A stretch of DNA of 64,000 nucleotides from Octopus bimaculoides (lineage: Eukaryota). Position numbers and translations under genes: made by a program. The notes beneath the pieces were generated by a model. The model did not search any database and was not told where the DNA came from. It saw nothing but the letters and a program-made list of their open reading frames with translations. This document shows positions 54,552-64,000 of the stretch, one piece after another. Within the stretch, counting starts at the first letter, position 1. Each line of letters starts with the position of its first letter. Where the stretch lies: assembly GCF_001194135.2 (NCBI RefSeq), contig NC_068989.1, positions 2,539,427-2,603,426 on the forward strand. Direction: 5' to 3'.

Positions 54552-54737
54552 TGCCGAACCGCTGAAATCAACAAGTTTATTTCATTCTCTCTCTGTTTAT
54601 TTTCTCTTATTCTTTTCTGCTGAAGAGCCTAGGCTCGAAACGTAAAAGACTTTTTCATTTTCCCGAGCGTCAAACTAAAACACCTGCTTGTTGTTCATAC
54701 ACCTGTCTTCGTCTTTTGTGTTTTTATAAATTTCAAC
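54549..54737 (+). mobile_element. Penelope-like 3' end containing a hammerhead-like motif
   Basis: EINKFISF-like ORF terminus, then TCTTTT-CTGCTGA-A-GAGC-CTAG-GCTC-GAAA-CGTA-AAAGA; homologous copy at 14885-15077. Confidence 0.7.
54611..54649 (+). ncRNA. Candidate minimal type I hammerhead ribozyme with a variant core
   Basis: Core CUG(C)UGA at 54617-54623, helix II GAGC/GCUC, GAAA at 54637-54640, palindromic ACGU, cleavage triplet GUA, helix I UCUUU/AAAGA. Activity is unknown. Confidence 0.5.
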
Positions 54738-54947
54738 NNNNNNNNNNNNNNNNNNNNNNNNNNNNNNNNNNNNNNNNNNNNNNNNNNNNNNNNNNNNNNN
54801 NNNNNNNNNNNNNNNNNNNNNNNNNNNNNNNNNNNNNNNNNNNNNNNNNNNNNNNNNNNNNNNNNNNNNNNNNNNNNNNNNNNNNNNNNNNNNNNNNNNN
54901 NNNNNNNNNNNNNNNNNNNNNNNNNNATATATATATATATATATATA

Positions 54948-55045
54948 CGACGGGCTTCTTTCAGTTTCCGCCTACCAAATCCACTCATAAAACTTTGGTC
55001 GTTTCGAGGCTATAGTATAAGACACTTGCCAATGATGCTGCGCCA

Positions 55046-55078
<33 letters not shown>

Positions 55079-55140
55079 TAGCTTGCTAACCAAGCACATG
55101 GTTCCGGGTTCAGTCCTACTGCGTAGCACTTTGAGCAAAG
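54948..55140. mobile_element. Two family B SINE halves, head-to-head around (TA)n
   Basis: 3' half on the minus strand (54948-55046); 5' half on the + strand (55076-55140). Confidence 0.82.
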
Positions 55141-55208
55141 CATAGTAAGATACTGTTTTATTAAAGCCGAAAAAAACCTTCACCAGCTGTCACTTAGTTT
55201 AACATATC

Positions 55209-55247
55209 CGTTCGTCAGACTGTTGTGATAATACAGTCTGACGAACG
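55209..55247. repeat. Perfect 15-bp inverted repeat with a 9-nt loop
   Basis: CGTTCGTCAGACTGT-TGTGATAAT-ACAGTCTGACGAACG. Confidence 0.95.
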
Positions 55248-56371
55248 CTCACGTGGAACTCTGAGTAACAGTTTGTGAAGATTTTTTTCGGCATTAATAA
55301 AATAGGGTGTATCGGGAAGGCAACGAAAAAGACGATGCCGCAGTTTCGTGCTGAGAGACGTACACATGATTTGTTGATGCTAATCAAATGTTCGTGTTGT
55401 ACCTGAACCCATTTCCGCCACCAAAGCAACATTACCTGTACAGGTGGACGATGTATATATATATGTACATATATATGTACATATATATGTACGCATGTTC
55501 AAGTATATGTATCCATATATTTTAAGCAGTATTATATAAGTTTTGCTTCAATATCGGAGCTATTATACATTCACGTGTCAAAGAAGCAACACATATTTTA
55601 AATTATCATTTCGTACGTTTGCCTTGTAATAGATCAATGCAAGCTCACATTACTATTGTTTAGAAGAACATATATTCTGTAGAACTTGTATCGTTTCACT
55701 GTAATCGACACGGTCGTTGTCATTGCGCATGGGACACTATCCTAGGACGACTTTAAGGAAAATGGCTGCCTTGCAAGACTTTACCATCTACAATCGATGA
55801 ATATTACTAATATTTGTTTAGCGAAGCAATATAAAATTATAGTTATTTTTTTTTATATCTCTGCTTTTTTTTTTTAAAGTTTCTAATGGAATGTTGACCA
55901 GATGAATACGTGATTTCGAAAAAGTTACCCAAAAGAAAATCAATATCCGTTTTTGCAGATGGTTTGCTATAGTTTCATTTAGATTTAAATAGAATAGTTT
56001 TGTTGGGAGAAACATTTCTTTTTTGCTTCTCTGCTCCATTCGCGAGCGACATTTTATTCGCTTCCCAGTGTTATTTTCTGATATACTACATATCAGAAAG
56101 GAAAACGTATTTTCACGTGAGTATAAATTTTATAATTAATTTATTGCAATTATACATTGAGAATATGTCTAAGTTTTATGCAAGAAAAGATGGGAAAAGA
56201 TAGCGGAGAAGCAAAGACAGCGCAGTGGCTGGAAACTGCACGGAAGCTCAAAATGTCGTGACGCTGAACAACGTTTTGCTGTATTTAGTTCAATCCATCT
56301 ACGACATGAATTTACATTCTACTGATGTCGATTTTTGATTGACATAGTTAAGGACTTCGATACAATATATC

Positions 56372-56447
<76 letters not shown>

Positions 56448-57338
56448 CTCCGGTGTGAGCGGTTGTCTACTTAATATGCAAGATTCTCCATTGAATTTGG
56501 GATGAATTTCATGTCCAGCATTAATTCCATAATCATCAGTCTTGCTAAACAACCGGTTATTCTGATGAGTAGATTCAGTGAAGAATTAACTTTTTTTATT
56601 CGAAACCGTAATGATATTCGTCTCAAGCTTGGTTTTTAACGTGCCTGGCGCAGAAACGAGAAAGACAAACAGCATTTGTTTTAGTTTTGGCCGGAGAAGA
56701 CAGCGAAATTATAAAGTTCATTGTTCTCGGAGTTGTATCATCAATAATAACATATTTAATTTATATAGAATGGCAAACATTGATCTCTCCCTTGTCTATA
56801 GGATTGGAATGGCAACTACACTGTGATGAACTTTTCCAAAATTGAATTATGTCACGGTTAAACAATTACGCCGACAAGCAGCACTTGTGGAGCGCAAGAC
56901 ATGGATTGATGAGAATAATTTTATTATACCTAAAAGCAATGAATGTGTGGACGCTTTTATTTCCAAAAGCGTCCAAACTACATAAATAACATTATAGGAA
57001 TGTGTTTCTAAAAGTGATATCCCTATAACTACATTGATGACATCACATGTCCCAACAGACCGCATTTCTAATACTACTCGTTTCACGCTATCAATTTCAA
57101 TCTACGTTTTGACGGTCGAAACTATCTCAAGGTGGTTGTGCTTGACAAGAGGCGGTAGATTGAATCATTTTGTAGGCGAAGTCTAATTCATTTTTTGTTG
57201 ACCAGTACATATGAACTGCTCAAGCTAAGAGGCGAAACGTTTGTGATCATGAGATATTTACTAAAGATATAAAACGGTTTCAAATAATAGATAGCTTATT
57301 CATAATCAGAAGAGAAAAAGTAATAAAAATGTTACATA

Positions 57339-57500
57339 GGCGCAGGAGTGCCTGTGTGGTAAGTAGCTTGCTTACCAACCACATGGTTCCGGGTTCAGTC
57401 CCACTGCGTGGAGACTTCGGCAAGTGTCTTCTACTATAGCCTCGGGCCGGCCAAAGCCTTGTGAGTGGATTTAGTAGATGGAAACTGAAAGAAGCCTGTC
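57339..57500 (+). mobile_element. Family B SINE, near intact, ending in (TA)n
   Basis: GGCGCAGGAGTGCCTGTGTGGTAAGTAGC...GGTTCAGTCCCACTGCG...GGCAAGTGTCTTCTACTATAGCC...GGAAACTGAAAGAAGCC. Confidence 0.92.
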
Positions 57501-59323
57501 ATATATATATANNNNNNNNNNNNNNNNNNNNNNNNNNNNNNNNNNNNNNNNNNNNNNNNNNNNNNNNNNNNNNNNNNNNNNNNNNNNNNNNNNNNNNNNN
57601 NNNNNNNNNNNNNNNNNNNNNNNNNNNNNNNNNNNNNNNNNNNNNNNNNNNNNNNNNNNNNNNNNNNNNNNNNNNNNNNNNNNNNNNNNNNNNNNNNNNN
57701 NNNNNNNNNNNNNNNNNNNNNNNNNNNNNNNNNNNNNNNNNNNNNNNNNNNNNNNNNNNNNNNNNNNNNNNNNNNNNNNNNNNNNNNNNNNNNNNNNNNN
57801 NNNNNNNNNNNNNNNNNNNNNNNNNNNNNNNNNNNNNNNNNNNNNNNNNNNNNNNNNNNNNNNNNNNNNNNNNNNNNNNNNNNNNNNNNNNNNNNNNNNN
57901 NNNNNNNNNNNNNNNNNNNNNNNNNNNNNNNNNNNNNNNNNNNNNNNNNNNNNNNNNNNNNNNNNNNNNNNNNNNNNNNNNNNNNNNNNNNNNNNNNNNN
58001 NNNNNNNNNNNNNNNNNNNNNNNNNNNNNNNNNNNNNNNNNNNNNNNNNNNNNNNNNNNNNNNNNNNNNNNNNNNNNNNNNNNNNNNNNNNNNNNNNNNN
58101 NNNNNNNNNNNNNNNNNNNNNNNNNNNNNNNNNNNNNNNNNNNNNNNNNNNNNNNNNNNNNNNNNNNNNNNNNNNNNNNNNNNNNNNNNNNNNNNNNNNN
58201 NNNNNNNNNNNNNNNNNNNNNNNNNNNNNNNNNNNNNNNNNNNNNNNNNNNNNNNNNNNNNNNNNNNNNNNNNNNNNNNNNNNNNNNNNNNNNNNNNNNN
58301 NNNNNNNNNNNNNNNNNNNNNNNNNNNNNNNNNNNNNNNNNNNNNNNNNNNNNNNNNNNNNNNNNNNNNNNNNNNNNNNNNNNNNNNNNNNNNNNNNNNN
58401 NNNNNNNNNNNNNNNNNNNNNNNNNNNNNNNNNNNNNNNNNNNNNNNNNNNNNNNNNNNNNNNNNNNNNNNNNNNNNNNATCTATAATAACGTTAAATAT
58501 GGGAAAGGGGTGGCGGGGGGAATGTAGTTGTCATAAAAAGAGGAAAAGGAGAAAGAAAGAGAATAAAGAAAGAAAGAAAGAGAAAAAAGAAAGAAAGAAA
58601 TGGAAAAAAAGAAAGATAGCAAAGGAAGAAAAGAGAGGAGAGAAAGGCTGGGGATAGGAAGGAAGAAGTAGAGAGAGAAAATAAGCAAGAACATATAGTG
58701 AACGTGCATAAAAATTTAGATTGCGCATATATGCGTATACAAAAATGTATATAGAGTCACGCATATAGATACATATGCTGATATGTACGCAAATAGTTAC
58801 GATCAAAACCTTATACATGCGTATGTACACATACAAGTATATGTGAGTGTTGGCGTACATATCAGCATATGTATCTATATGCAGAATATTATGAGTCCTG
58901 TGGCGATGCTTATTACGGACGACGAACAGAACAAGTAACAGCATTCGTCTCTTAAAGAAATTGAGTAATAAGATAGATTTCATGTTTGAAGAGAGAGAAA
59001 AAAGCTACTCTTGAGTATAAATTGATCACCCTAAAACAGAAATTCCGGCAAGAGAAGAGGACACCTGAAAAGAAAAACTGTTTTAACAAAATATTCAATC
59101 AAAACCGATCAGCAATACACACCTTCTCTTCTTAAGAGGATGAGGATTCGTTCGGGGTAAAATTCTGGTGCAAAAGAATGAAGTTAACCAGGATGGCAAG
59201 AACAGAAATCTGAAATTAGTACTGCCCCTGCATTATACCGGTGAAATATCTCAATGTCACAATTCAAATAATCAAAATCGAAAGCGTGTTCATATGTGAT
59301 AGATATCAGCACAGTTCCTGGCA

Positions 59324-59457
59324 ACCAAATTCTGCTCCCAAGACATTGGTTAACCTGAAGCTGCGGTAGAAGACACTTGCCCAAGATCCTACACAGTAGA
59401 GTCCGTCCGAATCCTAGCAGATCTGAAACGAAATTCTTAACCAAACCGGCTGCGCCC
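59324..59457 (-). mobile_element. Degenerate family B SINE
   Basis: GTAGAAGACACTTGCCCAAGATCCTACACAGT...CTGCGCCC. Confidence 0.75.
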
Positions 59458-60590
59458 ATTGGTTGTTTTTAATGTGTAACAATAAAGTTATGGGAACATT
59501 AACCATTTGAAACACGTAAAAAATATTTACTTTTTCAAGCCTTTGTCAATAAACCTAATGTTAAAATTTTAAATAATGAAACAACATATACAAGAAAAAA
59601 ATAAACGTAACGAGATTTGACTCCTAATTGTACCAGTTCAAACACTTCAGTTAAGAAAATATGATGTCGGATCATCTCTTGACATGTTGAGAGCTCGATG
59701 AACCTTGGGGAAAATGGTATTCTTAATAGAATTATGAACAATTTGCAACGAAGTGAAAAACAAAGTCATAATAAATAATCAAATGCTAAAATAAAATCGT
59801 ACTTTTAAGAATGTATACATAAGAGTGATTCATGTCTGTCCAGTGAAGTATGTACATCCTGCGTGTCTATATGGTGAAGTAGCTAAGTTGGCGCTCACGC
59901 CTGAGATTGAAGAGACGAATGTCTGGATCAATAACTATTTTGAAATAACAAAAGTATTTCTTCTTTTCAGAGTTGTTTTCTCGCCCACATAAACGTACAA
60001 ATAAGTATTGCCAGCCAGCTTAGGTACGAATGTGTGATGCTGAAAATAGCAATCGCATCTCTCTCAAGTCACAGTCTACTGATATAACAAAGGGCGTAAC
60101 ACACATTAGATAATCTGGAACTAAATAGCACACAGCTCGAAAATAAAACAATGGGGATGGTCACGTTTGCAAAGCATCTCGCTTTAAATCCGCTTAATAA
60201 GAGATTAGCTTGGGATCAAAAAGTACAATTGCATGTGTCTAAGTGTTCATGTTTATCTTGAAACAATGTCACCATTTCTCAACGAATTTTTTCTATTATT
60301 TTTATTCAAATACATAATCATCCTGGGATAATGCATAGAAAAAAGATTCCGGGTCCAACTCCCCATCCCTCCTGGAGAAAACGGGAAGGGATCGAAGAGA
60401 GAAATGGTGAAAGACTGATAGTTATGACATAGTTATAAGCATTCCCCTCTTTCGCTCACGCTAATTCGTTCTTTTTCTTTCCGTACACACACAACGTTCG
60501 CACACACACACGTATACACGGGCACACACACAAACACACACACACATATACAGACATATATGCATATATACATATATGCGTGTGTGTCTC

Positions 60591-60638
<48 letters not shown>

Positions 60639-60767
60639 GTGTGTGTATGTGAAAGAGATAATTAAAGATATAAAATGGCGACAACTTACCTATTGCACCC
60701 TATATGTGTATGTGTGTGTGTTAATGTGTGTGCGCGTGTGTATGTTTGTGCGTATGTGTGTGTGAAG

Positions 60768-60807
<40 letters not shown>

Positions 60808-60876
60808 AAGAGACAGAGAGAGCGCGAAGAGAGCGAGATAGATAGATGGATAGATAAATAGATAGATGGATGGATG

Positions 60877-60931
<55 letters not shown>

Positions 60932-61399
60932 GCCGTCAATGCATAATGTTTACGCATAAAGTTTAATGTGCATTTAGACATGTGCATCACCGAAACATGC
61001 TCTCACTTATGCAACACACATACATATGCATGTGTGTATATATATCTGTATGTATGTATGTATGTATGTATGTATGTATGTATGTATGTATGTACAAACA
61101 TATCTAATAAATTTTTAATGATATTTACTAGAAATGACATGGAGACTGGTTTATTTTCTTTTAATTCAATTTTTGCGAAGACCTACATTTTGTTTTGTCA
61201 TCTAAATTATCATTACAGAGATATCTTCAGAGAGTTACTATGTACTTTTATATTCTCGTTTATATTTAACTCTAATAAATTCCGATTGATTTATACAAGT
61301 GGCTAAATAGAAAATAATTATCCAGTTTAATGTTGATGCGACAACAAATGAATATAATCGATATTATGTGAAGAATAAACATTTTTCGATCGGAAGTTT

Positions 61400-62270
61400 T
61401 CCCTCTCTTTCCATCTCACTTTCCCGCTAGCCTCTAATGTCTACTGCGCACCACTGCAAAAAAGATCTCATCACTTCGTCATCTCTCCCTCCTTTCTCCT
61501 AACCACTGCTATCAGCCTATCCTCTGCTTCCCCTGCATCCCCACCATCTACTTCCTCACCAATGTTCATAAATCTAAAAATCCTAACTGCCCTATCATTT
61601 CCACTTGCAATGTTACGCATTATTCATATCCAAACAACTCCGATAGGATTCTCTTTACCCTTAGTAACTTCCCTTTATTTCTAGAACCAAGATACTAACC
61701 ATACTTTCCACTCCATTCCTTCCAGCCCAGTTCCTCTTCACTGTTACCCCATCTTCTTATCCTTAGATAGTTCCAAGATCGTTGCACTACCCTCGAAACC
61801 TGCACCTCTACTCTCTTTCGCCTTTCCGGGCTTGACCTTACATTGAATTGTATCTCTTTCTATAGCGAAAAGCCACTGGGGTGGCAATGGGATCTAAGAT
61901 GGGCCCTAGACATGCAAACTCTTTCTTAGTCTCGTACACTGGTTTCACTTTTGAACTTTATGGTAGTACATCAATGATTGCACCGAAGCCAACTCTTTCC
62001 CCCGTACTCATCTCATCCACCTACCCTGCTCTTGAACTTACTTTCGCCATTTCCTTGCTCTGGGTCAATTTCATCGATATTTCTATCCTCACTAATTACC
62101 CAAATTTCTCCCTTTCTATGCCGACCTCGATTTCATCTCATCCCGCCCCAACCACTCTAAATCTTTTATCTTCTACCCACAGTTTCTATGCCTTCACTAA
62201 CTCTGCATGCATAATCACAATTTTGAGATCAATAATGTCATGCTGAAAAAGGTTGATGGCATCAGTGCGT
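61400..62270 (+). mobile_element. Degenerate Penelope-like reverse transcriptase region
   Basis: KDLITSSSLPP, PTIYFLTNVHKSKNPNCPIIS (YFLPKIHK..PGRPI), QDTNH, GVAMGSKMGPRHAN (GxAMGxxxGPxxAN), LYGSTSMI (eroded RYIDD), VNFIDISI and SSHP, in canonical order with stops and frameshifts. Confidence 0.85.
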
Positions 62271-62382
62271 TGAATCCACGACTCCGCTAACCTATGACCG
62301 GATTTGGCAAAGAAAGAACGGTCGTAGGTTAGCAGAATGCATCAATGAACATTTACGCAACATCCCCCAAAACATTATTAGA

Positions 62383-62450
<68 letters not shown>

Positions 62451-62728
62451 TGAACCAAGGTCTTGTCCAATTCGTGTTTATGTTTTTGGAAGTCATTTTC
62501 CGAAGTTGTTTCCCATGAGATGACACAGAGAGCTGCAATGTCTTTAAAGATGAATAAAGGAAGTGTGTCTCCTTCCTCTGCAAATAACTAGTCTTATTAT
62601 CACTTTAACTTTAAATTTTTCTATCATGCTATCTTATTTGACATCTAGTTTTTATTTCCTGTGTGAATCATTAATCCTGTTTACAGTTTGACAAGGAAAT
62701 TTACTTCATTTCTGTTTTTGTTGTTGCT

Positions 62729-62810
62729 GCCGATGTTGTTGTTGTTGTTGTTACTGTCGTCGTCGTCGTCGTCGTTGTTGTTGTTGTTGTTGTTGTTACT
62801 GTTGTTGTTT
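62729..62810 (+). repeat. Compound (GTT)n/(GTC)n microsatellite
   Basis: Direct reading of the sequence. Confidence 0.9.
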
Positions 62811-63157
62811 TCTTTGTTGACTGGAAAAATTAACCTCAAAAGAGATTATTTTTCCTACTGTTATTATTTTTGACGCTGCTGTTGTTCTTGTTTTTCTCAT
62901 GTCAGTTCTGATCAAGCAGAAATATAATCAACTAAAATGCATTCATGCCAGCCGTGAGCATCCCGCCTTTTTAGATGTGTGTACATCTACACTATGTCAT
63001 ACCTTCTTTTCATTATTTGAAATGGCAAAATGTTATTTGAGGAATAGTTGCTGATATTTCTAGCATGTAGAACACCCACACAAAGTATCTAAAATATATT
63101 AACATCAGTTATATTTCTGATCAGCTTTTGATTTTGAAAAATCAAATATTTGAATCA

Positions 63158-63565
63158 CTGTAAACTCCCTATTATCCGGTACTCGGAATTTTTTTTTTTT
63201 TAATCTTTTGAAGGAGATTTATGCTAATTTGTAACAATTAATTGTCATTAAAAGTAAGTTTCTACTCTAACTAAAACGAATAGCTGCTTCTTAAAAGTAT
63301 TTTATTTTATTACATTTCACTACTTGTACTTTATTAGTTTAATAAAACTTGATCTTTACATAAATTATGCTTTTATGTCTTCTTATTTCTCTCTTTTCCA
63401 TTATTGTCAGAATATTAATAATAAAATTGATGAATATATAGAATTTTAATGTGCTTTGACATTAATGTGCTATGGTAATTTTAAAAGTCATTATCAGACA
63501 TCCAGAAAATTCAGTTATCCGGCATCCTCTGGTCGCAGTGGTGCCGAATAGAAAGGAGTTTACTG
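63158..63565. mobile_element. Tc1/pogo (Tigger-like) MITE, about 408 bp
   Basis: Left end ACTGTAAACTCCCTATTATCCGGTAC versus reverse-complemented right end ACAGTAAACTCCTTTCTATTCGGCAC (20/26); TA follows the right end; internal TTATCCGG sub-repeat. Confidence 0.7.
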
Positions 63566-64000
63566 TATATTGCTTGTTGGTTGCAATATTTGATATTTTT
63601 CCAATATTTCTTATTTTTGTTAAAATTGTTCTTTTTTGTTTGTTTATAGTTGTTTTTGTATCTGTCAAGAATATTATCGTTCAACTTGTAAGTTTAGTGT
63701 AATGACATCACAGAAAATATATCTAAATATAAGCAACAAAACAAATTAACCCATACTTTCCACCGAATTTCCACTTGACCAAGTTTAACAAACAAACTCT
63801 TGCAAGTCTTCCGAGTCTAAATTCACTGAACCAGTGATTGACTCGTTGGTGATATCGTCTCCAACACATGATATAAAACACAGGAATAAATACTTATATT
63901 TATCGAAAGTTTAATACCATCAACGAACGATATCTACATCTGTTTTTACTGCGCGCTCACTCTATCACACTTACACTCACAACACAAACACTCGTACATG

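Noticed and set aside
55233-55265. CTGACGA...GGAAC read as a type III hammerhead
   Set aside because: CTGACGA is just the complement of the hairpin's other arm; GAAA is absent and the helix I register does not fit.
56563-56615. CTGATGA...CGAAAC hammerhead-like spacing
   Set aside because: No helix II or helix I pairing found.
56620-57190. Protein-looking open stretches including a hydrophobic segment
   Set aside because: No start codon, interrupted by stops, and no recognisable family.
63770-63900. Minus-strand frame resembling a signal peptide followed by an acidic stretch
   Set aside because: No ATG or acceptor, and an in-frame stop lies just upstream.
1-64000. Most ORF-track entries (poly-HT, CV, YI, SL, ER and X runs)
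   Set aside because: Translations of microsatellites and N-gaps.

Overview
Eukaryotic, AT-rich, repeat-dominated DNA from a draft assembly, with 15 N-gaps (about 6 kb in total), most bordered by dinucleotide microsatellites. The SINE families and the very high microsatellite load resemble an octopus genome; this is an inference from memory, not a search result. I found no intact protein-coding gene, rRNA, functional tRNA or CRISPR array, and almost all entries in the ORF track are microsatellite or N artefacts. Supported features: at least four tRNA-derived SINE families (called A-D here), two of them forming head-to-tail family A arrays; a deleted mariner transposase inserted at a TA inside a SINE; two R4/Dong-type non-LTR retrotransposon relics (RT and restriction-like endonuclease); several Penelope-like element (PLE) relics; a Tigger/pogo-like MITE; and several unrelated fold-back palindromes. 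The most interesting item is a PLE 3' end at about 54.6 kb carrying a minimal hammerhead-ribozyme-like motif, with a degenerate second copy at about 15.0 kb. A few candidate host exons are reported at low confidence only.
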